Positions 19,254 through 30,836 are shown, counted from the first letter of the stretch. The stretch: 64,000 nt of DNA from Bacteroidales bacterium (GCA_024686335.1 JAILCI010000040.1:73680-137679); one strand, 5' to 3'. The notes: generated from the letters alone by a model not told the origin. Made by a program: numbers and translations.

Positions 19254-21800
19254 ATGGAATACAATTTCTCACCGGAGATGGTTTTTGCCTTTGAAGAGGC
19301 TAAAAAAATCGCCATTCAATATAAATCCCCGTTTATCGGCGTGGAGCATATCATGCTGGCCATCCTCCGATACCCGGAACAGAGCATCACCAAGAATCTA
19401 TTCGACCTGTATCAGGTGGACAGAGATGCCTTGGCCAACAAATTTGAGGAGATGTTAAGTCAGGTGGAATCGGACGGCACTGCTGAAGAGAATCCTCGTC
19501 TGTCAGTACAGGCCGAGAACACCATCCGCGTTACCTACCTCTTATCCAAGAAGTTCCGCAGCAACAAGATGGAAGCACATTTCTTCGTATTGGCAGTTCT
19601 GAAAGAGGACCGTATGAGCAACAGCAATGCCACGCGAGCACTCTTGACACGCGCCGGCTTGTCATATCAATCATTTTTGAATGAGGTTCAGCGCGCTTTG
19701 AACATTCCCACTGACAGTGAGGAAGACGAAATGGTTGGCGCCGGCAACGACGATGACGATGAACGCGTAACGTCACGGTCCAAGAAAAGTGGTTCTGCAA
19801 CCCCTATTCTCGACAGTTTTGGCAAAGACCTGACACAGTATGCTATGAAAGGTAAACTGGACCCTGTCGTTGGTCGCCAAAAAGAGTTGGAACGCATCGC
19901 CCAGATTCTGAGTCGCCGTAAGAAGAACAATCCCGTGCTCATCGGCGAGCCGGGCGTAGGTAAATCTGCACTGGCAGAAGGTCTTGCCACCAATATCGTA
20001 GAAGGTCGCGTCCCCCGCAACCTACTCAACAAGCGCGTGGTCACTCTCGACATGGCCTCTCTCGTGGCAGGCACCAAATATCGTGGCCAGTTTGAAGAGC
20101 GTGTCAAATCTATTCTCTCTGAATTACAGAAGAATCCCAACGTCATCCTTTTCATTGACGAGGTCCACACTATGGTCGGCGCCGGCAACCCATCCGGTGG
20201 CATGGACGCCTCCAACCTTTTCAAGCCGGCTCTGGCGCGCGGCGAAATCCAATGCATCGGTGCCACCACCCTCGACGAATACCGCGAACATATCGAAAAA
20301 GATGGAGCCCTGGAACGCCGTTTCCAAAAGATCATTATGGAACCGACAACCACCGAGGAGACTCTCGAAATTCTGAACAATATCAAAGACAAATACGAAG
20401 ACCATCACGGTGTACGATATAGCGAAGATGCTCTCAAAGCTTGCGTTGCTTTGAGCAACCGCTATATTTCTGACCGCTGTCTGCCCGACAAGGCCATCGA
20501 TGCCCTAGACGAGGCCGGCGCACGTCTCCACATCCAGAACATCCACGTTCCTGAGGGTGTTCTTCAATTGGAAGAGGAGATCGCCAAAGTGGAGAAACTC
20601 AAGGCTGAAGCCATCAAGGAGAAACAATACAACATGGCATCCAGTTACCGCGATCAGATCAAAGAACTTGAGACCACTCTTAATGATGTCCGCACACGTT
20701 GGGAACAGGAGAACGACAAAGACAGACCTGTCGTCACAGAAGACACCGTGGCAGAAGTCATAGCAATGATGACCGGTGTACCCGTTCAGCGTATCGTAAA
20801 GAACGAAGGCGAACGACTTATGCAGATGAGTGAAGAACTGAAGGGCAAGGTTATCGGACAAGACGAAGCCATCGTCAAGATTTCGAAGGCAATCCGCCGT
20901 AACCGTGCAGGTCTTAAGGATCCTAACCGTCCCATCGGTTCCTTCTTCTTCCTTGGACCTACTGGCGTTGGTAAAACTTACCTTGCCAAAATTCTGTCAG
21001 AATATCTCTTCGACTCACAAGATGCCTTGATCCGTATCGACATGAGTGAGTATATGGAGAAACATACCATCTCCCGCCTCATCGGTGCGCCTCCAGGATA
21101 TGTGGGCTATGAAGAGGGCGGACAGCTCACCGAGAAAGTGCGTCGCAAACCCTACTCCATCGTTCTGCTCGATGAGATTGAAAAAGCACATCACGACGTC
21201 TACAACGTTCTGTTACAAGTTCTTGACGAAGGACAACTAACCGACGGCATTGGCCGCAAAGTAGACTTTAAGAACACTATCCTCATCATGACATCCAATA
21301 TCGGAACACGCGAATTGAAGGACTTTGGCACAGGTGTCGGCTTTGACACTGAAGCTACAAACTCCTCCAAGCACAAAGTGGAACAAGGCATTCTAGAGAA
21401 AGCCCTCAAGGCTAACTTCTCGCCCGAATTTCTCAACCGCGTGGACGATGTCATCTATTTCAATTCTCTCAACAAAGAAGACATCCTCAAGATTGTCAAC
21501 ATCGAGTTGGAGAAGGTACTCTCACGCGTCAGAGAAATCGGTGTCACTGTTAACATCACCGACGAAGCTAAAGAGTATTTGGTCGACTCCGGATGGGATC
21601 CCAACTACGGTGCTCGTCCTTTGCGCAGAGCTATCCAAAAGAATGTGGAAGACCTGCTCGCTGAGGAAATCCTGATGCAAGCACTTCCCTCCGGCACTGT
21701 CGTCACGCTCGACTATGACACACTGACCGAGGAATTTGTTATCCGCCAAAAGGAGACGCCCGCCTTGGAAACTGCAGAACCTCAAGCACTTCCCGAATAA
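19254..21800 (+). CDS. clpC: ATP-dependent Clp protease ATP-binding subunit ClpC
   Basis: Clp N-domain, two AAA+ modules (GEPGVGKS/LFIDEVH and GPTGVGKT/LLDEIEKAH), UVR-like middle domain, GARPLRRAIQ. ATG at 19254 with a TATTTTTG box at 19221-19228. Confidence 0.93.
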   Translation: MEYNFSPEMVFAFEEAKKIAIQYKSPFIGVEHIMLAILRYPEQSITKNLFDLYQVDRDALANKFEEMLSQVESDGTAEENPRLSVQAENTIRVTYLLSKKFRSNKMEAHFFVLAVLKEDRMSNSNATRALLTRAGLSYQSFLNEVQRALNIPTDSEEDEMVGAGNDDDDERVTSRSKKSGSATPILDSFGKDLTQYAMKGKLDPVVGRQKELERIAQILSRRKKNNPVLIGEPGVGKSALAEGLATNIVEGRVPRNLLNKRVVTLDMASLVAGTKYRGQFEERVKSILSELQKNPNVILFIDEVHTMVGAGNPSGGMDASNLFKPALARGEIQCIGATTLDEYREHIEKDGALERRFQKIIMEPTTTEETLEILNNIKDKYEDHHGVRYSEDALKACVALSNRYISDRCLPDKAIDALDEAGARLHIQNIHVPEGVLQLEEEIAKVEKLKAEAIKEKQYNMASSYRDQIKELETTLNDVRTRWEQENDKDRPVVTEDTVAEVIAMMTGVPVQRIVKNEGERLMQMSEELKGKVIGQDEAIVKISKAIRRNRAGLKDPNRPIGSFFFLGPTGVGKTYLAKILSEYLFDSQDALIRIDMSEYMEKHTISRLIGAPPGYVGYEEGGQLTEKVRRKPYSIVLLDEIEKAHHDVYNVLLQVLDEGQLTDGIGRKVDFKNTILIMTSNIGTRELKDFGTGVGFDTEATNSSKHKVEQGILEKALKANFSPEFLNRVDDVIYFNSLNKEDILKIVNIELEKVLSRVREIGVTVNITDEAKEYLVDSGWDPNYGARPLRRAIQKNVEDLLAEEILMQALPSGTVVTLDYDTLTEEFVIRQKETPALETAEPQALPE

Positions 21801-21807
21801 GCAATCT

Positions 21808-22329
21808 ATGAAGAACCTAACAGATAAACTACAAAAAATCAACACTTTCATCTTCGACTTCGACGGTGTTTTATCCGACGGCAAAGTGTATACTATGGCC
21901 GACGGAGAACAGGTGCGTGCCACCAACGTCAAGGACGGGTACGCACTGCATTATGCTTTGAATAAGGGCTACAACATCGCCGTCATTTCTGGTGGTTATG
22001 CTGAGTCGATGCGTCATCGTTTCAAAGCTTTCCACGGCATGGAAATCTTCCTTCAAGTTGGTGATAAAATTGAACGATTCAACCAATATCTTGCGGATCA
22101 CAATCTCACTGCTGAACAAGTGTTGGTGATGGGTGATGATATCCCAGATTATCCGATGTTAAAACTTGCAGGCATCAAATGTTGCCCACAAGATGCCTCC
22201 GAAGAGATCAAAAACATTGTAGACTACATTTCACCACGTAATGGAGGCAATGGGGCTGTCCGGGATGTCATCGAGCAGGTGATGAAAGCACAGGGCAAGT
22301 GGATGAACGAAGACGCATTTATTTGGTAA
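21808..22329 (+). CDS. kdsC: KDO 8-phosphate phosphatase (HAD, YrbI family)
   Basis: FIFDFDGVLSDG, NVKDGYA, ISGG, MGDDIPD, GGNGAVRDVIEQV. Confidence 0.85.
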   Translation: MKNLTDKLQKINTFIFDFDGVLSDGKVYTMADGEQVRATNVKDGYALHYALNKGYNIAVISGGYAESMRHRFKAFHGMEIFLQVGDKIERFNQYLADHNLTAEQVLVMGDDIPDYPMLKLAGIKCCPQDASEEIKNIVDYISPRNGGNGAVRDVIEQVMKAQGKWMNEDAFIW

Positions 22330-22346
22330 TCAAACATATATAAAAG

Positions 22347-23177
22347 ATGGGTTGTTTATTTTCTTTTATTGGTTTTCTCATCGGCGGTCTTCTTTTGGGT
22401 TGGCCCGGAGCAATCGGAGGAGCTTTATTAGGTTCTTTGCTCGATGGTGGCAGTACCATAAAGATTAACAAAGGGAAACACTACTATCAAGCCAATATGT
22501 TCCTTGAACATGAGCTAGTTCTTGCTGCATTTGTAGCCCGCGCTGACAATAACCGCCTGCTAAAGTCGGAACTCAACTACATGAAACAGTTTCTCCTTAA
22601 GAACCTCGACGAAACCCATGCACAAGCTGCACTTCTCAGATTTAGGGACATCCTTGATGAAAATATCGATATCAACGCCGTCTGTCAAGATATACGAGAA
22701 CATGCTGAAATCTCCGAGAAACTGATGATTCTCCATTTCCTCTTTGGTTTCAGCTATTCAGATGGAAATTTCAACAATCTGGAATTAAACGCCATTCAGG
22801 AAATTTCAGACTTGTGCGGCATCAACCGGACAAGTTTCGAAGCTATCAAGTCTCTTTATGCCAATCAAGGTTATCAATATGACTATGGCGGCTACGGCAG
22901 TGGTGGCTACAGCAATGGCTACGGCGGAAACCAATATGGAGGCAACGACACCTATACTACCAGAAATTACAATATAGAAGACGACTATAGGATTCTTGAG
23001 GTATCACCTGATGCTACTGACGATGAGGTTAAGAAAGCCTATCGTGCAGCTGCCAAGAAACACCATCCAGACAAGGTAAGTCACTTAGGCGAGGATGTGC
23101 GCAAAGCTGCTGAAGAGAAGTTCGCACAGGTCAACAATGCCTATAACCGTATCAAGAAGGCCCGTGGCATGAACTAA
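22347..23177 (+). CDS. djlA: TerB-domain / C-terminal DnaJ-domain co-chaperone (DjlA-like)
   Basis: N-terminal Gly-rich TM helix, TerB-like middle, and J-domain YRILEV...VKKAYR...HHPDKV. Confidence 0.8.
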   Translation: MGCLFSFIGFLIGGLLLGWPGAIGGALLGSLLDGGSTIKINKGKHYYQANMFLEHELVLAAFVARADNNRLLKSELNYMKQFLLKNLDETHAQAALLRFRDILDENIDINAVCQDIREHAEISEKLMILHFLFGFSYSDGNFNNLELNAIQEISDLCGINRTSFEAIKSLYANQGYQYDYGGYGSGGYSNGYGGNQYGGNDTYTTRNYNIEDDYRILEVSPDATDDEVKKAYRAAAKKHHPDKVSHLGEDVRKAAEEKFAQVNNAYNRIKKARGMN

Positions 23178-23237
23178 AATTGCTGCAAATTTCGTATCTT
23201 TGCGCCCTTTGATTTTTTCTTGAAAAACATTAACTCT

Positions 23238-26066
23238 ATGGACAACAACTCCTTTGCCGAAGATGCACTGGTAGTTACTGGTGCGCGAGAAAACAACCTT
23301 AAAAATGTGGATGTCGCCATACCGCAGCAGCAGCTGGTAGTCATCACTGGGTTGAGCGGCAGCGGCAAGTCGTCTCTAGCCTTTGACACCATCTACGCTG
23401 AAGGTCAGCGCCGATATATGGAGACCTTCTCCGCCTACGCTCGTCATTTCCTCGGCAACTTGGAACACCCCGACGTGGACAAGATTACCGGTTTGAATCC
23501 TGTCATCTCCATTGAACAGAAAACCGTCAACAAGAACCCTCGCTCCACCGTCGGCACCATCACAGAGGTCTATGACTTTCTGCGTCTGCTTTATGCCCGC
23601 ATCGGTGAAGCCTACTCCTACAACACTGGCGAAAAGATGGTTCACTATACTGAGAAGGATCTTATCGAACTGCTGATCACCCGTTATCAGGGTTGCTCTA
23701 TCACCCTTCTCTCCCCCATCGTAAAACGTCGTAAAGGACATTATCGTGAACTCTTCGAGAACATTCGAAGTCAAGGATTCACACGTGTACGCATCGATGG
23801 TGTCATGCATAAGCTGATCCAAAATATGATGGCGGACCGATATAAAATCCACGACATTGAACTTGTCGTCGACACTATAGATGTCTCAGACAGATCGTCA
23901 ATCCGCCTTAACCACAGCATACATCTAGCGATGAAGTATGGTAAAGGCACGGTGATGGTCATGGACAACAACACCAACGAAATCAAGACATACAGCAAGT
24001 TCTTGATGTGCCCCACCACAGGCATCTCCTATCCAGAGCCCGAACCCAACACCTTCTCATTCAACTCCCCATACGGAGCTTGCGAGCATTGTAACGGTCT
24101 CGGTTTCGTTTCGGAACTGGACATCAAGAAAATCATCCCCGACGATAGCAAGTCCATTAAAGATGGTGGCATCATCGCCATTGGCGAGTATAAAAAGACT
24201 ATGATTTTCAGAGAGTTGGAAGCATTGGCTGAAAAATATCACTTCTCTCTTTCAGATCCCATCCGCGACCTCTCTGAACAAAATCTCAACATGGTTCTCT
24301 ACGGCACTACCGAAATCCTTCGCGTCAAACGCGAAGTTGCAGGTCTTGCTCCCATCAAAAAGACCTTTGACGGTGTCGTCAATTATCTGACCAATCTCAA
24401 CGCAGAAGCTCTTCCTGCTTCCATGCGCAAGTGGCTCAACCAGTTCGTCAACATGACTGCCTGTCCGGAATGTCACGGAGCCCGTTTGCGCAAGGAGTCA
24501 TTGCATTTCAAAATCCAAGGCAAAAACATCGCAGAGTTAGCGGCTATGGACCTCTCCGACCTCTTAAAATGGACAGAGGAGTTGCCCAAGTTTCTGAGCA
24601 CGCAGGAGAAGGCTATCGCCTCTGAGATTTTACGCGAAATCAACTTCCGGCTTCACTTTCTTTGTGATGTCGGCATCCAATATCTGTCTTTGGAACGTTC
24701 AGCCTCATCGCTCTCTGGCGGAGAGGCCCAGCGTATCCGTCTGGCCACGCAGATCAGTTCCCAGCTTGTCAACGTGATGTACATTCTCGACGAGCCCAGT
24801 ATTGGTCTGCATCAACGTGACAACCATTTGCTGATAGAATCCCTAAAAAACCTCCGCGACCTCGGCAATTCCGTCATCGTAGTGGAACATGACCGCGACA
24901 TCATGAAGGCTGCCGACTACATCGTGGACGTCGGCCCCAAGGCTGGCGAATCTGGCGGCGAGATCATCGCTGCTGGCACCTATCAGGAGATTTTGAAAAG
25001 CAACGGCATCACCGCCGACTATCTGACTGGTAGAAAAAAGATTGCCGTTCCTAAGAAACGTCGCAAAGGCAATGGCTCCTCGTTGACAATCATCGGCGCC
25101 ACCGGCAACAACCTGAAGGACATCACGGTAGAGTTTCCTCTCGGGACACTCATCTGCGTCACAGGTGTCTCCGGCAGCGGCAAGTCAACCCTCATCAACG
25201 AGACTCTTTACCCCATTTTGAATCATTATATCTACCGCAGTGACAAAAAACCGCTGCCATATGATGAGATTCTCGGTTTGGAGAATATCGACAAGATCAT
25301 CGAAATCGACCAGCAGCCCATCGGACGTACACCACGTTCCAACCCGGCTACATATGTGGGTGTTTTGGACCATATCCGCAAACTGTTCACGGCGCTGCCA
25401 GAATCCAAGATCCGTGGCTACAAACCCGGAAGATTCTCCTTCAACGTTACGGGCGGGCGCTGCGAGACTTGTAAAGGCACAGGTGTAGAAACCATCGAGA
25501 TGAACTTCCTCCCTGACGTTTACGTAACATGTTCCGAATGCGGCGGCAAGCGTTTCAACAACGAAACTCTAGAAATCCGCTATAAAGGCAAGTCCATCAA
25601 TGATGTGCTCAACATGGACATTGAACAAGCTTTGCATTTCTTTGAAAACATCCCTGCCATCACCTCGCAACTGCAGACGATGGTAGATGTTGGTCTTGGC
25701 TATCTGCATCTTGGCCAATCCTCCACCACCCTTTCCGGCGGTGAAGCGCAGCGTGTCAAACTGGCCTCAGAGTTGGCCCGCAAAGACACCGGACGTACCG
25801 TCTATATCCTCGACGAGCCCACCACTGGCCTTCACTTCCACGACATCAGTATCCTTCTCGATGTGCTGAACAAGTTGGTAGACAAAGGCAATACCGTCAT
25901 CGTTATCGAGCACAATATGGATGTCATCAAGATGGCTGACTACATTATCGACATGGGTCCTGAAGGAGGTCGCTATGGCGGTGAAATTCTGGCCACTGGA
26001 ACTCCCGAGCAGATTGCAAAAAAGAAAATTGGTTATACCTCTAAATATTTAGCACGCGAGTTATGA
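23238..26066 (+). CDS. uvrA: Excinuclease ABC subunit A
   Basis: [33 protein letters not shown], two LSGGEAQR signatures, zinc fingers, [16 protein letters not shown] box at 23195-23202. Confidence 0.97.
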   Translation: MDNNSFAEDALVVTGARENNLKNVDVAIPQQQLVVITGLSGSGKSSLAFDTIYAEGQRRYMETFSAYARHFLGNLEHPDVDKITGLNPVISIEQKTVNKNPRSTVGTITEVYDFLRLLYARIGEAYSYNTGEKMVHYTEKDLIELLITRYQGCSITLLSPIVKRRKGHYRELFENIRSQGFTRVRIDGVMHKLIQNMMADRYKIHDIELVVDTIDVSDRSSIRLNHSIHLAMKYGKGTVMVMDNNTNEIKTYSKFLMCPTTGISYPEPEPNTFSFNSPYGACEHCNGLGFVSELDIKKIIPDDSKSIKDGGIIAIGEYKKTMIFRELEALAEKYHFSLSDPIRDLSEQNLNMVLYGTTEILRVKREVAGLAPIKKTFDGVVNYLTNLNAEALPASMRKWLNQFVNMTACPECHGARLRKESLHFKIQGKNIAELAAMDLSDLLKWTEELPKFLSTQEKAIASEILREINFRLHFLCDVGIQYLSLERSASSLSGGEAQRIRLATQISSQLVNVMYILDEPSIGLHQRDNHLLIESLKNLRDLGNSVIVVEHDRDIMKAADYIVDVGPKAGESGGEIIAAGTYQEILKSNGITADYLTGRKKIAVPKKRRKGNGSSLTIIGATGNNLKDITVEFPLGTLICVTGVSGSGKSTLINETLYPILNHYIYRSDKKPLPYDEILGLENIDKIIEIDQQPIGRTPRSNPATYVGVLDHIRKLFTALPESKIRGYKPGRFSFNVTGGRCETCKGTGVETIEMNFLPDVYVTCSECGGKRFNNETLEIRYKGKSINDVLNMDIEQALHFFENIPAITSQLQTMVDVGLGYLHLGQSSTTLSGGEAQRVKLASELARKDTGRTVYILDEPTTGLHFHDISILLDVLNKLVDKGNTVIVIEHNMDVIKMADYIIDMGPEGGRYGGEILATGTPEQIAKKKIGYTSKYLAREL

Positions 26067-26074
26067 TAAAAAAA

Positions 26075-26914
26075 ATGGACTATTTCCTGGACACTGACGA
26101 GGTCTGCTCTCTGGAAGATGCACGCTATGTGATAATGGGAGTGCCTTACGACGGCACCAGTACTTTTGTCAAAGGTGCCGACCGCGGACCACAAGCCATC
26201 CTCGATGCCTCCGACAGTCTGGAACTCCTAGACATCCAATATGGCATTGAAGCGTGTAATGCCGGCATCCACACAGACCATCACAGCTACGACTTCACGA
26301 CTCCTGAAACAATGGAAGCTTCAGTATATGCCCGGACAAGAGAGATGCTGAATCTTGGCAAGACTCCCGTGCTGATTGGCGGAGAGCATTCCATCTCTGC
26401 TGGTTCCATCCGTGCTGTCAGCGAACGTTATCCCAATCTGACTGTTCTGCAAATTGACGCTCATGCTGACTTGAGAGACAGTTATCATGGTTCTCCTTTC
26501 AACCACGCCTGCGTCATGCGTCGCGCTCAAGAGCACGCTCGCGTTGTCCAAGTGGGCATCCGTAGTGTCTGCTCCGAAGAACGCGAGCACATCGTTCCGG
26601 AGAACATCTTCTATGCCCATAACATTGTAGGGCACTCAGAGTGGATGCAACAGGCTGTCGACAGACTTACTGAACATGTCTATGTCACCTTTGACCTGGA
26701 CGGACTTGATCCGGCCATCTTGCCCGCAACCGGCACACCGCTGCCTGGAGGTCTTTCTTGGTATCCCACCATCCAATTTCTACACGAAGTCTTTACACAA
26801 CGCAATGTCGTCGCCTTCGACGTGGTCGAACTCTGCCCACAGCCCTACGACAAAGCCTCCGACGTACTCGCCGCCTCTTTAGTTTATAAGATGATTACGA
26901 TGCGAGAGAAATAG
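26075..26914 (+). CDS. speB: Agmatinase (ureohydrolase)
   Basis: GVPYDGTST...GP.AI, GGEHSIS, IDAHADLR, TFDLDGLDP..PATGTP.PGG, DVVEL. The start could be 26063. Confidence 0.88.
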   Translation: MDYFLDTDEVCSLEDARYVIMGVPYDGTSTFVKGADRGPQAILDASDSLELLDIQYGIEACNAGIHTDHHSYDFTTPETMEASVYARTREMLNLGKTPVLIGGEHSISAGSIRAVSERYPNLTVLQIDAHADLRDSYHGSPFNHACVMRRAQEHARVVQVGIRSVCSEEREHIVPENIFYAHNIVGHSEWMQQAVDRLTEHVYVTFDLDGLDPAILPATGTPLPGGLSWYPTIQFLHEVFTQRNVVAFDVVELCPQPYDKASDVLAASLVYKMITMREK

Positions 26915-26980
26915 TTATCAGTTTTCAGTTATCAGTTAAACAGTTCAACAATTAAACATCATCAACAGTTCAACAACAAA

Positions 26981-27595
26981 ATGAAACGAAATCTCATTAT
27001 TACCGCAATTATATGCCTGACATCTCTTCTTCCTGTCATGGCTCAGAAAAATATTTACGAATTCTCAGCTAAAGATGCCGACGGAAAGGTCGTCTCGATG
27101 GAAGAATACAAAGGTAAAGTCTTATTGATTGTAAATACTGCCACCGAATGTGGTTTTACGCCACAATATCTCGAACTTGAAGCCCTTTATGAAAAATATG
27201 CCGAGAAGGGATTTGTTGTCCTTGACTTTCCTTGCAACCAGTTCGGAGGTCAGGCTCCTGGCACCATTGATGAGATCCAGCAGTTCTGCACCCAATACAA
27301 CGTGCAATTCCCGCAATTCGACAAAATAGAGGTGAATGGCAACAATGCCTTACCATTGTTTAAATATCTGAAGAAGAAACAGAAATTCAGAGGATTTGAC
27401 AAGGACAACCAGCTTACACCGCTGTTGGACAATATGCTGTCGCGTCAATATCCCGACTACAAGCAAACTTCCGACATCAAGTGGAATTTCACCAAATTCT
27501 TGATTGACCGCAATGGAAAAGTAATAGCTCGCTTTGAGCCCACCGCCAATATGGAACGTGTTGAAGAAGCCGTGGAAAAAGCGTTAGCAAAATAG
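26981..27595 (+). CDS. Cys-type glutathione peroxidase with signal peptide
   Basis: GKVLLIVNTATECGFTPQY, LDFPCNQFGGQ, IKWNFTKFLIDRNG. N-terminus MKRNLIITA...VMA-Q. Confidence 0.9.
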   Translation: MKRNLIITAIICLTSLLPVMAQKNIYEFSAKDADGKVVSMEEYKGKVLLIVNTATECGFTPQYLELEALYEKYAEKGFVVLDFPCNQFGGQAPGTIDEIQQFCTQYNVQFPQFDKIEVNGNNALPLFKYLKKKQKFRGFDKDNQLTPLLDNMLSRQYPDYKQTSDIKWNFTKFLIDRNGKVIARFEPTANMERVEEAVEKALAK

Positions 27596-27616
27596 AAGAT
27601 AATTATAACCATTAAT

Positions 27617-27654
27617 AAAAACGCCCATTGATCAAATGATTAATGGGCGTTTTT
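27617..27654. terminator. Bidirectional intrinsic terminator between convergent genes
   Basis: AAAAACGCCCATT...AATGGGCGTTTTT. Confidence 0.85.
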
Positions 27655-27669
27655 ATAATAGGTTGAGTC

Positions 27670-29358
27670 TTATTCTTTCACCACCTTGCCAATATAGGTT
27701 AATTTATCGGCCACAATCTTCACCAAATAGATACCTTGAGGATAAGATTCCATATTGACGATAGTGTTTTTCTCATTAAGAGATTGTGCAAACACTTTCT
27801 GACCAGCTGCGTTGTAGAGAATCAGTTCGGCTTTACATCCATCCAACTGCGGACAACGGATCTGCAGTATGTCAGATGTCGGGTTTGGATAAACCTCCAC
27901 CATTAGTTGCGGACGGTTCTCAACACCATAGCCATAAGGCACCAACTCCACATCTTGAGTCAATGTAGCTCCATCTGTGGCGGTCAGAGTCAAGGTCTTC
28001 GGATAATATCCCTGAGCGGAATAGGTCACCTGGTATGTGCCGCCTTTGATAGGACGATGATAGGCGCCAGCAGGCATGACCGTATTGACGAAACTGACAT
28101 TGTCGTCATGGTTTTCAACCACGACAGTCGCATCGAGCGGCTGTCCCGTAATAGAGTCCGTCACCACACCATGGATACCGTAGGTAGCCTCCTTGATGTA
28201 ATTCAGAAAAGAGCGATAGATGAAGCCCCAATAGTATGGCAAGTAACTGGAATTCACCACCTTGTCGTTGCTAACCTCGATAGTCACCTCACGGCATTGG
28301 AGATAGTAGTTATAGCAATCCTGACGGGAACCTGTGATGACATACCAGTCACCGCCCTCTGTAACGCCATTATCTTCTTCATACATATAATAATAGGAAT
28401 GGGCGTGGCAGGTGTCGGCAAACTTACGGCCCACATAGTACCACCAGTCGTCGTCGGCGTGGGTACGGTAATAGGAGGGCCAGGTGTCCCAGGGATAGTT
28501 GAAGACCTCTGCGCCGCCGTGTAGGTTGGCAGAGAGCGTGAAGTCGTGGGCAGCGCCGAAATTGTACATCGCCTGCACCTCAGGTTCCAAATCACGCATG
28601 GCCGTCACGGCACCGATCTCCGGGTAGGAACGATTAAGATCTATGCCGTTATAATTGTAACGCGTCGAATAGGGGGATTCGTTGAGGGTATTATCGCTAG
28701 TATAGTAGGTACCGTCCGGGTTCTCAATCGGGCAGATCCAAATATCGACATTGTCGACCAGATCTTGGACCGTCGCGTCGGTAGCGTAATTATTAAGGAG
28801 ATAGTGTATCAAGCGGATCATCATATAGTAGCCCACTGGCTCGTCGCCATGGATGGTTGAAGAGTAGAAGACGGCGGGTTTTGTGCCTCTATCTTGTAAA
28901 TTATTACTTATGTGAGCAACTAATATGGAGTGATTGTTAGGTGTCTGGGCGAGAATCGTGTCAATCTGGCAAAGCTGCGGAAACTGGCTCTGGAAGGTGT
29001 CCATCGTAGCCAGATAGGTGCTATAGGTAGGATAGCGGTTCCACTGCTGGGAGAACTGATAGTAGCTGTTGGCCATGTTGACATTAGCCTTCGGGGTGGA
29101 GAGTATTGTGTATGGAATACCGGTGGCTTTGAAGGCTTCGTACTCTTTGCTCCCTATACAGAGTTTCACGTCAAAGGTACCATCGGCATGGCGTTTCACG
29201 TCGTCAACAGAGAAATTGAGAGAGAGATCGTGCAGTTGGCTCTTGTTGACAGATACCTTCACATAGGTCTCAGGCATCTGAGCATCAAACGCAACGGACT
29301 GGCCTACAGCCATAAAGAAGAGGGAGAGACTGCAGACGAAGAGGAATATTTTTTTCAT
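27670..29358 (-). CDS. M14 zinc carboxypeptidase with T9SS type A C-terminal domain
   Basis: IHGDE, NPDG, RYNYNGIDLNRSYP, NLHGG, carboxypeptidase-regulatory domain GIHGVVTDSITGQPL, and CTD VYPNPTSD...LYNAAGQKV...GIYLVKI...GKVVKE. Confidence 0.9.
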   Translation of the reverse strand: MKKIFLFVCSLSLFFMAVGQSVAFDAQMPETYVKVSVNKSQLHDLSLNFSVDDVKRHADGTFDVKLCIGSKEYEAFKATGIPYTILSTPKANVNMANSYYQFSQQWNRYPTYSTYLATMDTFQSQFPQLCQIDTILAQTPNNHSILVAHISNNLQDRGTKPAVFYSSTIHGDEPVGYYMMIRLIHYLLNNYATDATVQDLVDNVDIWICPIENPDGTYYTSDNTLNESPYSTRYNYNGIDLNRSYPEIGAVTAMRDLEPEVQAMYNFGAAHDFTLSANLHGGAEVFNYPWDTWPSYYRTHADDDWWYYVGRKFADTCHAHSYYYMYEEDNGVTEGGDWYVITGSRQDCYNYYLQCREVTIEVSNDKVVNSSYLPYYWGFIYRSFLNYIKEATYGIHGVVTDSITGQPLDATVVVENHDDNVSFVNTVMPAGAYHRPIKGGTYQVTYSAQGYYPKTLTLTATDGATLTQDVELVPYGYGVENRPQLMVEVYPNPTSDILQIRCPQLDGCKAELILYNAAGQKVFAQSLNEKNTIVNMESYPQGIYLVKIVADKLTYIGKVVKE

Positions 29359-29363
29359 AATGT

Positions 29364-30248
29364 CTATGAGTTGACTATTGATTCAATACGCTTTTGGAGA
29401 TCCTCAGAGACGGGCACGAGGGGCAGTCTCAGCACATTGTGTATACGGCCTTGGGCTGCCAGAAAAGCCTTCACTCCGCAAGGATTACCTTCAGCAAAGC
29501 ATGCCTTGGTGATATCGAAAAGACGGTCATGATAGATTCTAGCTTTGATAAACTGATCCGCAAGAGCCAAATGAACCATATTGGCCACTTCAGATGGGTA
29601 GGCATTGGCAACCACGGAGATAAGTCCGTCCATGCCAGCAGCCATGAGGGGCAGCGTCAGAAGATCGTCGCCAGAGATGACGAGGAAGTCTTCGGGCTTA
29701 TGGTTCAGGAGATAAAGGATTTGATGCATATTACCAGAAGCCTCTTTAATACCGCAAACGTTTGGGCAAGACTCCGCAATCTGAAGGGTTGTTTCAGCTT
29801 TGAGGTTACATGATGTACGTCCCGGAACATTATACAGGAGTATTGGCAGCGGACTATGTTCTGCAATGACCTTATAGTGAGCTACTAAACCAGCCTGACT
29901 AGGATTGTTATAATAGGGAGTCACGGAGAGGATAGCATCAGGTTCATACTCCACTACAGTTTCCATACGACGCAAGACGGCTTTAGTGTTCGGGCCTCCA
30001 ACACCGACAATCAACGGCAAACGGCCAGCATTTGCCTCAGAGATACAGCGCAAGACATCGGCCTTCTCATCCGGTGGGATAGTAGGATACTCGCTAGTAG
30101 TGCCCAAGGCAACCAGATAGTCCACATGATTCTCAATCATATTTTCCACCAAGGACTCCAAAGCTTTAAAATCAATACTTTCGTCTGGCTTGAATGGCGT
30201 CACAATTGCGACACCTAACCCTCTAAATTTTTTCAGATCCTTATTCAT
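29364..30248 (-). CDS. dapA: 4-hydroxy-tetrahydrodipicolinate synthase
   Basis: AIVTPF, LGTTSE, VTPYYNNPSQ, LYNVPGRT, GIKEASG, ISGDD, GLISVVAN. Confidence 0.93.
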   Translation of the reverse strand: MNKDLKKFRGLGVAIVTPFKPDESIDFKALESLVENMIENHVDYLVALGTTSEYPTIPPDEKADVLRCISEANAGRLPLIVGVGGPNTKAVLRRMETVVEYEPDAILSVTPYYNNPSQAGLVAHYKVIAEHSPLPILLYNVPGRTSCNLKAETTLQIAESCPNVCGIKEASGNMHQILYLLNHKPEDFLVISGDDLLTLPLMAAGMDGLISVVANAYPSEVANMVHLALADQFIKARIYHDRLFDITKACFAEGNPCGVKAFLAAQGRIHNVLRLPLVPVSEDLQKRIESIVNS

Positions 30249-30774
30249 CTCCTGACAATTTACTGGTATATTTATAGATGGCATTTAAAAAGTTACCATA
30301 CTGTTTGTTGCTGTCATTGATAAAAAGATCATAATACTGGGCTGTTCCAGGATTCTGGCCGATGATAAAATGAGCTTTTGTCAGGGCAAGAAGTGACTCG
30401 ATGGGAGCTGTATCCTGATAACTGAAATCAATCAGGATGTCAAGATCCAGTTTCAAAAAATCCTGCAGTTGAGGCATCATTGGTTTTCCGTACCAATTAA
30501 GATGCTTATTGCTAAAGAAGTCACAAGTAAGCTGAGGGAGACAGTAGAAAGGCACCTCTTTGTCATCAATATAACCAACCAAGCGCACGTTATGATTTTC
30601 AGCTTGAAGCTTAGAAAAAATGGCATAGATGCTCTTATAGGAGTCTTCGTTGGTTATCTGACAGAGGACACCGATAGAGCGTGCTTTTTTCAAAGAGATC
30701 ATCTCCCTATTGCGAGCCACTCTGTTCTCCTTTAAATATTTTCGAAGAAAAAATCTTTTAATTCCGTTAAACAT
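30241..30774 (-). CDS. Conserved Bacteroidetes hypothetical protein upstream of dapA (DUF6913-like)
   Basis: 177 aa with LNWYGKP...FLKLDLDILIDFS...AHFIIG. Overlaps the dapA start; TATGTTTG box at 30802-30809. Confidence 0.65.
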   Translation of the reverse strand: MFNGIKRFFLRKYLKENRVARNREMISLKKARSIGVLCQITNEDSYKSIYAIFSKLQAENHNVRLVGYIDDKEVPFYCLPQLTCDFFSNKHLNWYGKPMMPQLQDFLKLDLDILIDFSYQDTAPIESLLALTKAHFIIGQNPGTAQYYDLFINDSNKQYGNFLNAIYKYTSKLSGDE

Positions 30775-30836
30775 AAAAGTCACTATTATGGTAAGAGGCT
30801 GCAAACATACACAAAATTCGTGAGACTTTAGCAGAT

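Noticed and set aside
27147-27152. Selenocysteine in glutathione peroxidase
   Set aside because: The active-site codon is TGT (Cys) and the frame has no internal TGA.
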